A stretch of DNA of 64,000 nt from an uncultured Dehalococcoidia bacterium (GTDB lineage Bacteria > Chloroflexota > Dehalococcoidia > Bin125). The notes under the pieces were generated by a model, which did no database searches, was not told the DNA's origin, and saw only the letters and a program-made list of their open reading frames with translations. A program made the position numbers and the translations under genes. This document shows, piece after piece, positions 45,537-54,083 of the stretch (position 1 is its first letter; each line of letters begins with the position of its first letter). The stretch spans positions 8,851 to 72,850 of the forward strand of contig CAYFZI010000002.1 in assembly GCA_964347635.1 (NCBI GenBank), given 5' to 3'.

Positions 45537-46916
45537 TCAGCTTTGCGGTGTGCCGGCGCGGTAGAACGCCGCGCCGAGCTTGTTCAGGAAGACGGTAACA
45601 GTCCGTTCGCTGGTTGCGCCGCTGGGCAGCGTGACCTCGAGCCGCAGCTCGCCGATGTGCTCGCCTTCGGGAACGCCGGCGGCCGCGGTGCGCAGCAGGA
45701 GGGTCGATGCCGCGCCCGTTGCGGTCGCAAACGTACTGCCTGCACCGACCGCCACGCCGGCCGAGATCTCGACCTCCAGCCACGAGGGGGCGCTGGCGAC
45801 GCGCCAGGGCAGCAGCCCGCTGCCGCGGTTGTCGATCAGCAGCGTTACGGCCGCGCCCGGCTCCGTGGACGACGCCAGCTCGAGTTCTTCTGCGTCCAGT
45901 TCGAGCTGCGGTGCGCCCAGGATTAGCGCACGCCGCTCCGATGCCGCTGCCGCGCTAAGGCCCGGCGCTGCGTAGGCCTCAGCGGCGAGCGCTGTTGCGG
46001 GGAGATCCATGCTCCGAAACGGCGATGCCCCGTCTTCGACGGCGTAGTCGATGCTTCGCAGCGTGTTCCAGCCCTCGTAGAACAGCGCCGGGTCGAGCGG
46101 ACTGCCGGGTGCGGCCAGCTCAGCCAGATCGGGCAGCTGCACCTCGACCGCCTCCCAGAGCGGCCGCCCGTCGATCTGCGGCGGATGCGCGATGCAGCCC
46201 AGCACCAGTTCCTGATAGGGGTAGCCGCTGCGGCGGCCGTCGCAGCGGTAGGCGCTGCGGGACGGATCGGCGTCCGGCCCGAGCGGATGGTTGGAGGCGG
46301 CCCAGCCGTTATAGGCCCACAGCGCGTAGTACCAGGACTCAATGCTGGACGGATCGTTGCCGCCGACGACAGGGTAGAACTCATCGTTCCACTTTTCGGC
46401 CAGTATCCGAGCGCCGGCGGCGATGTTGTACGCGAAGTGCGACCCGACCAGCGCCTCGTAGCGGGTCGGCAGCCCGCCCTCGTTGACGATCGTGCTGGTC
46501 ACCTGCATGATTCCGTAGCCGCAGTCGAAGGACAGCAGGGTTGGGCCGATTGAGCCGTAGGGCACGTCGAGCGCGGTCTGGTTGGTCGAGCTCTCGACCC
46601 AGGCGATTGCGTAGAGGATCGGCGCGGGGATCACCGCGCGCGGATCTTCGCGGCGCTCCCCGCCGACGCCGCGCTCCAGCGCCGGCAGCGCGAACTCTTC
46701 GTCGTGCGGGAGCAGCTCGTTCTGCGCGGCCAGCTGCAGCGCATCGAGATAGCGCGCACGGTCGCGCTCGGCCTCCCAGGACCAGAAGCGGTAAGGCGGC
46801 CCGCCGCCGGAGTACGGGCACGATGCGGGCGCCGCCGCGGCGCTGAGTGTGCTCAGCGTGATCAGCGCGAGCGCGGCGATCAGCGGCAGCGCGAGCGCCG
46901 AGCAGACGTGTTTCAC
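45537..46916 (-). CDS. Secreted protein with a lytic-transglycosylase (SLT/lysozyme-like)-type motif
   Basis: Signal peptide MKHVCSALALPLIAALALITLSTLSAAAAP. AIAWVESSTNQ plus SFDCGYGIMQV resembles the SLT catalytic Glu-Ser and GxMQ motifs. The stop abuts the tRNA-Arg 5' end. Confidence 0.5.
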   Translation of the reverse strand: MKHVCSALALPLIAALALITLSTLSAAAAPASCPYSGGGPPYRFWSWEAERDRARYLDALQLAAQNELLPHDEEFALPALERGVGGERREDPRAVIPAPILYAIAWVESSTNQTALDVPYGSIGPTLLSFDCGYGIMQVTSTIVNEGGLPTRYEALVGSHFAYNIAAGARILAEKWNDEFYPVVGGNDPSSIESWYYALWAYNGWAASNHPLGPDADPSRSAYRCDGRRSGYPYQELVLGCIAHPPQIDGRPLWEAVEVQLPDLAELAAPGSPLDPALFYEGWNTLRSIDYAVEDGASPFRSMDLPATALAAEAYAAPGLSAAAASERRALILGAPQLELDAEELELASSTEPGAAVTLLIDNRGSGLLPWRVASAPSWLEVEISAGVAVGAGSTFATATGAASTLLLRTAAAGVPEGEHIGELRLEVTLPSGATSERTVTVFLNKLGAAFYRAGTPQS

Positions 46917-47090
46917 TGCGGCGCCGGCGCAGGATGCCGACGCGGCGCGTAGGATCGCTGCATATCTGAGCAGAGCCGTCCGCCAACCGCCCCGGCGGCG
47001 ACCACTGTAACACGGGGATGCAGCGCGGGGATGCGCCGCTTCCCGCTGCTAATCTGGCTGCAGCGCGCGCTGTCCAGCTCGGAGAATCAC

Positions 47091-48107
47091 GTGGCCCGCA
47101 TTGCCATCCTCGGCCTCGGCTACATCGGCGGATCGATCGGCCTCGGGCTGAAGCAAGCCAAGCTCAAGAACACCGAGATCATCGGCTACGACGATTGGCG
47201 GCGCGCGCGGCGCGAGGCCGAGAAGCGGGACGCGGTGGACTCCGCCGTCGGCAGCGTCCGCGACGCGGTCGACGGCGCCGGCCTGGTGGTCGTCGCGACG
47301 CCGCCGTCGGCGGCCGAGGATATGTTCGAGCAGATGGCGCCGCAGCTCGGCCGCGGTGCGGCGGTCACCGACGTTTCCGCCTCCAAGCGTGTGATCCACG
47401 CCGCCGCCGCCGCGCATCTGCCCAGCGGCGTTTCGTTCGTCGGCGGCCATCCGATGGCCGGCGATGCGGCCACGTTCGGGATCGAGAACGCGAAGGCGGA
47501 TCTGTTCCAGAGCGCGCGCTGGTTCGTCTGCACCACGCCCAGCGCGACGGATGCCTCGGTCCGCTCGGTGCTGGGGATGATTCGCGAGCTCGGCGCGGAG
47601 CCGCATTTTCTCAACCCCGATGAGCACGATTATCTGATGGCCGCCGTCAGTCACCTGCCGCTGGTTGTCTCGGCGGCGCTGTTCACGATGCTGCGCGGCA
47701 GCGAGGGCTGGATCGATTTCGGACGCGGCGCCGGCGACACCTTCAAGACCATGACCGGCTACAACTCCGGCGACCCCAGCCTCACGACTGAGATCCTGGT
47801 CACCAACCGCACGCAGGTGCAGCACTGGATCGACCGCCTGGTGCTCGAACTGCACCGCCTCCGCGACGTGCTGGACGGCGAGGAAGAGGCCGTCTTTCAG
47901 GAGTTCGCCAACGCGCAGATGAACTACGCGCGCTTTCTGCACGGCGACGATCTGGAGCGCGACGAGCACCAGCCAGAGATCCCGGACGCCCGCTCCCAGA
48001 TGGCCGCGCTGCTCGTCTCGCAGCGCCTCTACGACCGCGTCCGCGAGATGACCAAACGCCAGGAGGAGCGCGAACGCAGCTTCCGCGGCCGCCCTTCGCG
48101 GCGATGA
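47091..48107 (+). CDS. tyrA: Prephenate dehydrogenase (TyrA)
   Basis: IAILGLGYIGGSIG NAD-binding motif and a PDH core with GGHPMAG. GTG 47091 is the most likely start. Confidence 0.85.
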   Translation: MARIAILGLGYIGGSIGLGLKQAKLKNTEIIGYDDWRRARREAEKRDAVDSAVGSVRDAVDGAGLVVVATPPSAAEDMFEQMAPQLGRGAAVTDVSASKRVIHAAAAAHLPSGVSFVGGHPMAGDAATFGIENAKADLFQSARWFVCTTPSATDASVRSVLGMIRELGAEPHFLNPDEHDYLMAAVSHLPLVVSAALFTMLRGSEGWIDFGRGAGDTFKTMTGYNSGDPSLTTEILVTNRTQVQHWIDRLVLELHRLRDVLDGEEEAVFQEFANAQMNYARFLHGDDLERDEHQPEIPDARSQMAALLVSQRLYDRVREMTKRQEERERSFRGRPSRR

Positions 48108-49432
48108 CGGCGCTCCGCCCGGCATCGATTCGCCTCGCGCCGCTGGCGGCGCTGCGCGGCGAGCTGCGTGTGCCCGGCGATAAATCGATCTCGCACCGCG
48201 CGTTGATCTGCAACGCTCTGGCGCGCGGCGAGGCGCGGATCGTGAACCTGCTTGAAAGCGCAGACTGCCTGAGCACGATGGCCTGCCTAGAGCGCTGGGG
48301 CGTGCGCTTTGCGCGGGAGGCCGACGCGCTGATCGTGCGCAGCCCCGGCCGTGATCGCTTCCAGGCCCCGGCCGAGACGCTCGATTGCGGCAACAGCGGC
48401 ACAACGATGCGGCTGCTGGCCGGGATCGCCGCGACGCTGCCCTTCACCTCGACGCTCGACGGCGACGACTCGCTGCGCAGCCGCCCGATGGAGCGCGTGC
48501 TGCAGCCGCTCGCCCGCATGGGCGCCGCGGCGGCCGGGGCCGACGGCGGCCGGCGCGCGCCGCTCTCGATCGCTGGGCCGCCCGAGGGCCTGCAGCCGTT
48601 CCGCGGCCGCCTCTCCGTGGCCAGCGGCCAGCTGAAGAGCGCCCTGATCTTCGCCGCGCTCTGGGCGGCGGGGGAAAGCGAGCTGGAGGAGATCGGACCG
48701 AGCCGCGACCACACCGAGCGGATGCTGCGCGCGATGGGCGCGGAGATCGAAGCGAGCGGAGCCAAGCTGAGGGTGCAGCCAGTGCGGCCGGGCGCCGCGC
48801 TGCAGCCGCGCGGCGTGCAGGTGCCCGGCGATATCAGCGCCGCCGCCTTCTGGCTCACAGCCGCCGCGATCGTCCCAGGCTCCGACCTCACACTGCCCGC
48901 TGTAGGCGTCAACCCCACGCGCGCCGGCGTGATCGATGCCCTGCGCGCGATGGGCGCCGAGATCACGCTCAGCCGCGAGCGCGAGCTGTCCGGCGAGCCG
49001 CTGGCCGATCTCAGGGTGCGCGCTGCGCCGCTGCACGGCTTTACCGCTTCGGGCGATCTCGTCGTGCGGGCGCTGGACGAATGGCCGGTGATCGCCGCGG
49101 CTGCAGCGCTCGCCGACGGCCCGACAATCATCCGCGGCGCCGAGGAGCTGCGCGTCAAAGAATCCGACCGCATCGCCGGCACCGCCGCGATGCTCAGAGC
49201 GCTCGGCGCGCGGGTCGAGGAACGCCCCGACGGCATGCTGATCGAAGGCAGCGCGCGGCTGCGCGGCGGCGTCGTTGAATCGCGCGGCGACCATCGGATC
49301 GCGATGGCCGCCGCCGTCGCCGCAATGGCCGCGGAAGGCGAAACCGAGCTGCGCGGCAGCGAATCGGTCGCTGTCTCCTATCCCGAGTTCTGGCGCGACC
49401 TAGATCGGTTCCGCGGTGGCGCCGCCGTCTGA
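48104..49432 (+). CDS. aroA: 3-phosphoshikimate 1-carboxyvinyltransferase (EPSP synthase)
   Basis: LRVPGDKSISHRALI, LDCGNSGTTMRLLAG and RPMERV motifs. It overlaps the tyrA stop (ATGA). Confidence 0.9.
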   Translation: MTALRPASIRLAPLAALRGELRVPGDKSISHRALICNALARGEARIVNLLESADCLSTMACLERWGVRFAREADALIVRSPGRDRFQAPAETLDCGNSGTTMRLLAGIAATLPFTSTLDGDDSLRSRPMERVLQPLARMGAAAAGADGGRRAPLSIAGPPEGLQPFRGRLSVASGQLKSALIFAALWAAGESELEEIGPSRDHTERMLRAMGAEIEASGAKLRVQPVRPGAALQPRGVQVPGDISAAAFWLTAAAIVPGSDLTLPAVGVNPTRAGVIDALRAMGAEITLSRERELSGEPLADLRVRAAPLHGFTASGDLVVRALDEWPVIAAAAALADGPTIIRGAEELRVKESDRIAGTAAMLRALGARVEERPDGMLIEGSARLRGGVVESRGDHRIAMAAAVAAMAAEGETELRGSESVAVSYPEFWRDLDRFRGGAAV

Positions 49433-50018
49433 ATCCGCCCAGGCGCCGATCGTCGCGGTGCTCTCGGGCCCCTCGGGAGTGGGCAAAGACACGGTGCTGC
49501 AGCTTGCGCTGGCGCTCGACGACTCGCTGGCGACCGTCGCGACGGCCAAGACGCGCCCGCCCCGGCGCGGCGAACGGCACGGCGTGCACCACGTGTTTCT
49601 GAGCGAGGAGGAGTTTGACCGCTGGCTCGCGGCGGACGCTTTTCTAGAGCACGCGACGGTCTACGGACACCGCAGCGGCGTGCCGCGGCGGGCCGTCGAG
49701 GACTGCCTGCGGCAGGGCAAATCGGTGATCATTCGGACCGATGTGCAGGGCGCGCGGACGCTGCGCGAGCGGCTGCCGGATTCGCTGCTGATTTTCCTCA
49801 CCGTCGCCGAGCGGGGCGCGCTGCGGGCGCGTATGGAGCAGCGCGGCTCGGACACGGCCGGCGAGATGGCGCGCCGGATCGGCGAGGCCGAGGGCGAGAT
49901 CGCCGAGGCCGACTGGTTCGATCACGTGGTGATCAATCCCGACGGCGGTGCGGAGCAGGCAGCGCGCGCCGTGCTCGAGCACATCCGCGCCGCGCGCCGC
50001 CGCGCCGGCAGCCGCTAG
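49416..50018 (+). CDS. gmk: Guanylate kinase
   Basis: VLSGPSGVGKDT P-loop, TKTRPPRRGE...GVHHVF, and lid/GMP-binding pattern; the length fits Gmk rather than Cmk. The 5' end overlaps aroA by 17 nt, so a later start is possible. Confidence 0.75.
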   Translation: MAPPSESAQAPIVAVLSGPSGVGKDTVLQLALALDDSLATVATAKTRPPRRGERHGVHHVFLSEEEFDRWLAADAFLEHATVYGHRSGVPRRAVEDCLRQGKSVIIRTDVQGARTLRERLPDSLLIFLTVAERGALRARMEQRGSDTAGEMARRIGEAEGEIAEADWFDHVVINPDGGAEQAARAVLEHIRAARRRAGSR

Positions 50019-50128
50019 CGCCGCCGCGCCCAGCGGCCCGCATTCCTTGCGCGCCCGCCCCCTACCTGACTGTTGCGGAGGAGATGCCCGCGTTCTCTCC
50101 CTCCCGCACGTCCCGTATCCTCCACCGC

Positions 50129-51148
50129 ATGCCCGACGACCTGCGCCCCCCGCTCGACGGCGTGCTGGTGATCAACGCGGGGCAAATCCTCGCCGCGCCG
50201 TTTTGCGCCACCTTGCTCGCTGAGTTCGGCGCGGATGTGATCAAGCTCGAGCGGCCCGGCACGGGCGAGCCCAACCACGGCTCGCTCTCCTACGTGCAGG
50301 ACAACCGCTCGCAGCGCGGCGTCACCTGCAATCTGCACGACCCGCGCGGCCAGGAACTTTTCCGCAGCCTCTGCGCGCACGCCGACGTGCTGATTGAGAA
50401 CTTTCGCCCCGGCACGCCCGACGGCCCGCCGGTCCGGCCCGGCTACATGATCGCCGACTATTCGACCGGCGTCTTCGCCGCCTTCGGCGCGCTGACCGCG
50501 CTGCGCGCCCGCGAGCTCAACGGCGGCCTCGGCCAGGATGTCGACATCGGCCTCTATGAATCGATCTGGAAGCAGAGCGGCACGATCGCAGCCGGCTACC
50601 AACGCAGCGGCGAAATCCGCGAGCGCAGCGGCAACTATTTTCCCGGCGTCGCGCCGGGCGAGCAGTTCGCCACCGCCGATGGACACTTTCTGATTATCAG
50701 CGGGGCGACGCAGGGCACCTTCGAGCGGCTCTGCGAGGCGATGGGGCAGCCGCAGATCACGAGCGACCCGCGCTTTGCCGAGCGCAGCGAGCGGCGCCGC
50801 AATGTTGAGGCGCTGCACGCGCTGATCGGCGAGTGGGTGCAGGCGCGGACGCTGGAAGAGGCGCTGGCGCTGCTGGCGCGCCACGGCGTACCGGCGGCGA
50901 AGGTCTACGCGGCCAGCGATATCGCGGCCGACCCGCACTATGCGGCGCGGGAACAGATCATCGAGGTGCCGAGCGAACAGCACGGGCTGCTCGCCCAGCC
51001 GGGGATCGTGCCCAAGCTCTCGCGTACGCCCGGCCGCGTGCGCCGCCGCGCACCGACGTTGGGCGAACATAACCGCGAAGTCTACGGGAGCCTGCTCGGC
51101 CTCTCCGCCGAAACCCTCGCCGAGCTCGAAGCCGAAGGCGTGATCTGA
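50129..51148 (+). CDS. CoA-transferase family III (CaiB/BaiF) protein
   Basis: LDGVLVINAGQILAAPFCATLLAEFGADVIKLERP N-terminus typical of family III CoA-transferases. At about 340 aa it is shorter than usual. Confidence 0.7.
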   Translation: MPDDLRPPLDGVLVINAGQILAAPFCATLLAEFGADVIKLERPGTGEPNHGSLSYVQDNRSQRGVTCNLHDPRGQELFRSLCAHADVLIENFRPGTPDGPPVRPGYMIADYSTGVFAAFGALTALRARELNGGLGQDVDIGLYESIWKQSGTIAAGYQRSGEIRERSGNYFPGVAPGEQFATADGHFLIISGATQGTFERLCEAMGQPQITSDPRFAERSERRRNVEALHALIGEWVQARTLEEALALLARHGVPAAKVYAASDIAADPHYAAREQIIEVPSEQHGLLAQPGIVPKLSRTPGRVRRRAPTLGEHNREVYGSLLGLSAETLAELEAEGVI

Positions 51149-51182
51149 ACGCCGCCAGACCGGGAGACGGAGTCCACCACCC

Positions 51183-52007
51183 ATGACCGCTGCACAGATC
51201 GCCGAGCGCCGAATCACCGCCTTCCTCGACGGCGAGGACTCGCTGGCAATCGACAACATCATCCACTCCACCGCCGGCGCGGCGCAGTTCGGCTACTCCG
51301 GGCCGCTGGTCGGCGGGGTGACCGTCTACGCCTGGGCCGCCCCCGCGATCATTGAAGCGCTCGGCGAGAGCTGGCTCGACCACGGCTGGGCTGACTTCCG
51401 CCTGCGCCGCCCCGTCTACCCCGGCGATCAGATCACCACCCGCGTCAGCCGCAGCGATGCGGGCGCCTATGAGTTCACGATGGCCAAAGCGGCGGGCGAA
51501 GTCTGCATCGCCGGCAGCCTCGGACTCGGCGACGCTGACTGGCTCGGCGATCTGGCCATGCCGCAGCGCCGCGATCCGGTTCCCGCCGCCGACCCAACCA
51601 CGCTGCTGACGCCGCAGAACCTGCCGCTCGGCGAGGACCTGCCGCCGATGGCCGTGCCGGTCTCGAGCGCCGAGGCCGGCGCCTACGCGGACGAGTTCGC
51701 GCGCGACCCCGACCCGCGCTGGCGCGGTCCTGAGGCGCGCCTGCACAGCGGCTGGATCGCCGGCCGCCCGACGCGGCTGCTGCGCCACACCTACCACTAC
51801 GACGCGGGCATCCACGCGGCCAGCCGAATTCAGCAGCTTGCCCCGGCCCGCGCCGATCAGACGCTGACCATTGCCGGCCGCATCTCCGCCGCCTACCAGC
51901 GCAAAGGCCACGAATACGCGCTCCACGATGTCGCCGTGTTCGCAGAGTCCGGCCAGCCGCTCACCCGCATCCGCCAATCCAGCATCTACCAAGTCGCCAA
52001 ACGCTAG
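51183..52007 (+). CDS. MaoC-like / hotdog-fold dehydratase (double hotdog)
   Basis: Two hotdog-like halves. The position next to a CoA-transferase is consistent with acyl-CoA hydratase/dehydratase function. Confidence 0.6.
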   Translation: MTAAQIAERRITAFLDGEDSLAIDNIIHSTAGAAQFGYSGPLVGGVTVYAWAAPAIIEALGESWLDHGWADFRLRRPVYPGDQITTRVSRSDAGAYEFTMAKAAGEVCIAGSLGLGDADWLGDLAMPQRRDPVPAADPTTLLTPQNLPLGEDLPPMAVPVSSAEAGAYADEFARDPDPRWRGPEARLHSGWIAGRPTRLLRHTYHYDAGIHAASRIQQLAPARADQTLTIAGRISAAYQRKGHEYALHDVAVFAESGQPLTRIRQSSIYQVAKR

Positions 52008-52050
52008 GAGCTAGGCGGACGTAGGCTGGCGGCAGTGGGGGGACCCTGCC

Positions 52051-53271
52051 ATGCGCCTGTCGTCGCTGCGGATCAAGAACTACGGCTGCCTCGCCGATTT
52101 CGAGCTGAAAGACATCCCGCCCCTCGCCGTCTTCATAGGCGCCAACGGTAGCGGCAAGAGCACGCTGTTCGATGTGTTCGCCTTTCTGCGCGATTGTCTG
52201 CGGAATGATGTCACTAGCGCCGTTGACCGCCGCGGCGGGTACGAGGAGCTGCACACGCGCGAGACGGAAGGCCCGATCGAGCTCGATCTGACCGCCCAAA
52301 CCGACCATTTCGACGATCTGCGGATCCTGCGGTATCAGCTGGCGATTACTGCACAGAACGGCCGCCCGGTGATCCAGGCAGAGCGGCTCGAAGAGCAGAT
52401 TGGCGCTAACGGACAACCCGTCGCCAGGCTCGATCCCGATGACGAACTGGGCGCGAACTCCGATGCGCAGAGTGGCGATGATGAAGCGGGCGGCCTTTGG
52501 CAACAAGTTGTTCAGGAAGAGCGCCGCCGCGGCCGACTAGCACTTTCGTCGCCGTTCGCGCTGCGCCCTGCAGCGGGAGACGGCGCACCGACCTTCGAAT
52601 CCTACTTCGCCGCACGGCTGTTTCATGACATGTTCACCGAACTACATCTTTCCAATGTGCATATCGACGCAGCGCGCCAGCCGCCCCAGTTCGGGCGCGC
52701 GGCCCATCTGGCCGACGACGGCGCAAACGTCGCACTGGTGACGAAATACATGAGCGAAGAACATGATCAGGTGTTTACCGAAGTGATCGCGCGCATGCAG
52801 CGGGCCGTCCCCGGTCTGGACCGGATCGACGTGAAGCGGACCGACGATGCGCGCATCGTGCTGCGCTTCTCCGACCGCTCCTTCCAAGACCCGTTCTTAG
52901 CGCGCTCCGTCTCCGACGGCACCGTGAAATTACTTGCGTATCTGCTCTTGCTGTACGACCCGGATCCGCCTCCGCTGCTCTGCATCGAGGAGCCCGAGAA
53001 TCAGCTGTATCCGTTGCTGCTGGAAGAGCTGACGGAAGAGCTGCGGATGTTCGCACACCGCAGTGGCGGTCAGGCGCTGGTGTCGACTCACTCTCCGAAT
53101 TTGCTCAATACCGCCGAACCGCAGGAAGTGTTTTGGCTATTGAAAGAGGCCGGGCGCACGTTCGTGCGGCGAGTGAGCGACGACGAACAGCTCGTCGCCC
53201 AGCACGACTTCGGCGACCACCTGGGGCGCATGTGGCAATCCAACGCATTTGCGGGCGCGCACCCCGAGTGA
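52051..53271 (+). CDS. AAA_21-type ABC/SMC-like ATPase (OLD/AbiEii-like ATPase family)
   Basis: MRLSSLRIKNYGCLADFELKD...VFIGANGSGKSTLFDVFAFL (Walker A), SDGTVKLLAYLLLL (signature-like), LLCIEEPENQLYP (Walker B/D-loop) and VSTHSP (H-loop). GC content is visibly lower than in the flanking genes. Confidence 0.8.
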   Translation: MRLSSLRIKNYGCLADFELKDIPPLAVFIGANGSGKSTLFDVFAFLRDCLRNDVTSAVDRRGGYEELHTRETEGPIELDLTAQTDHFDDLRILRYQLAITAQNGRPVIQAERLEEQIGANGQPVARLDPDDELGANSDAQSGDDEAGGLWQQVVQEERRRGRLALSSPFALRPAAGDGAPTFESYFAARLFHDMFTELHLSNVHIDAARQPPQFGRAAHLADDGANVALVTKYMSEEHDQVFTEVIARMQRAVPGLDRIDVKRTDDARIVLRFSDRSFQDPFLARSVSDGTVKLLAYLLLLYDPDPPPLLCIEEPENQLYPLLLEELTEELRMFAHRSGGQALVSTHSPNLLNTAEPQEVFWLLKEAGRTFVRRVSDDEQLVAQHDFGDHLGRMWQSNAFAGAHPE

Positions 53272-53837
53272 ACTCGACGCTTGTCATTGTGGTTGAAGAG
53301 CGCTCGAAACAGCATTTCCTGGAAGCGTTTCTGCGCACCTGGCGGTTAGACCCTGCGCCCGACATCAAGTTTTTCGTCGCCAATGGGCATTCCGATTTGA
53401 CACGTCAGCTTTACACCTTGATGCGTGCGTGGCGGAAACCGCGTACGCGGTTTCTCGTGCTGTGTGATCAAGACAGTGCAGACTGCGTTGAGAGGAAGCA
53501 GGAGCTGATCGCACAAGTTCCCTGTTCACGCCGCAACGATGTCACCGTCCGCATCGTATGCACCGAACTCGAAGGTTGGTACCTTGCCGACAGAACGGCG
53601 CTCAGGGAAGCGTTGCCCCAATTTCCCCAACGCGCGCCGCCTCCGCCGGAGTTACGCGGCCCGCCTGACAGCATTCAGCGTCCAGCCAGCCGGATTAGGC
53701 GCTATGCGCCGTTCAGCAAGCGCGACCTCGCGCGCGAAATGGGGCGACGAATGTTGCCCAATCGTGGCAGCGCGTCATCGAGCTTCAATCTCTTCATCCG
53801 CACGCTTGACGAACTCTTTCAGCGCAGCGCGGATTGA
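53268..53837 (+). CDS. DUF4276-like small protein with a Toprim-like acidic motif set; partner of the upstream ATPase
   Basis: GTG overlaps the ATPase stop (GTGA). LVIVVEERSKQHF (conserved Glu), FLVLCDQDSADC (DxD) and CTELEGWYLAD. It is 189 aa long, with the lowest local GC in the window. Confidence 0.55.
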   Translation: MNSTLVIVVEERSKQHFLEAFLRTWRLDPAPDIKFFVANGHSDLTRQLYTLMRAWRKPRTRFLVLCDQDSADCVERKQELIAQVPCSRRNDVTVRIVCTELEGWYLADRTALREALPQFPQRAPPPPELRGPPDSIQRPASRIRRYAPFSKRDLAREMGRRMLPNRGSASSSFNLFIRTLDELFQRSAD

Positions 53838-53865
53838 CCCGTCCCCGCGGCGCCGTTAGCCTACT

Positions 53866-54045
53866 CGCAGAATCAGAGTGGGGCGCACGACGGGGAACCC
53901 GGTGCGAATCCGGGGCTGTCGCGCAACGGTGATCCGCAGCTCGCTGCGGTCAGCCCGAATACCGTCGGGGCGCCCACGCCAGCACACCGACTTCGCGTCA
54001 GGGTCGGGGCGTCCCCAAACGGCCCATCGAGGCCGTTTTCGCTGC
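53866..54045 (+). promoter_or_regulatory. Cobalamin (AdoCbl) riboswitch with a terminator-like expression platform
   Basis: AGAATCAGAGTGGG...GGGAACCCGGTGCGAATCCGGGGCTGTCGCGCAACGGTGA matches the conserved cobalamin-riboswitch core (GGGAA..GGTG.AA.TCC...CTG.C.CGCAAC.GT). A B12-box-like GTCAGGGTCGGGG and a hairpin aacggcc-catcga-ggccgtttt (54019-54045) lie upstream of a btuF-like gene. Confidence 0.7.
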
Positions 54046-54083
54046 TCCCGCCCGGCGCGAAGCGGTCCGCGAAAGGCCGCAGC

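Noticed and set aside
50129-51148. Possible internal deletion or pseudogene of the CoA-transferase (about 340 aa versus about 400 aa typical)
   Set aside because: The frame is intact and the conserved N-terminal motifs are present. Shortening alone is not evidence of decay without an alignment.
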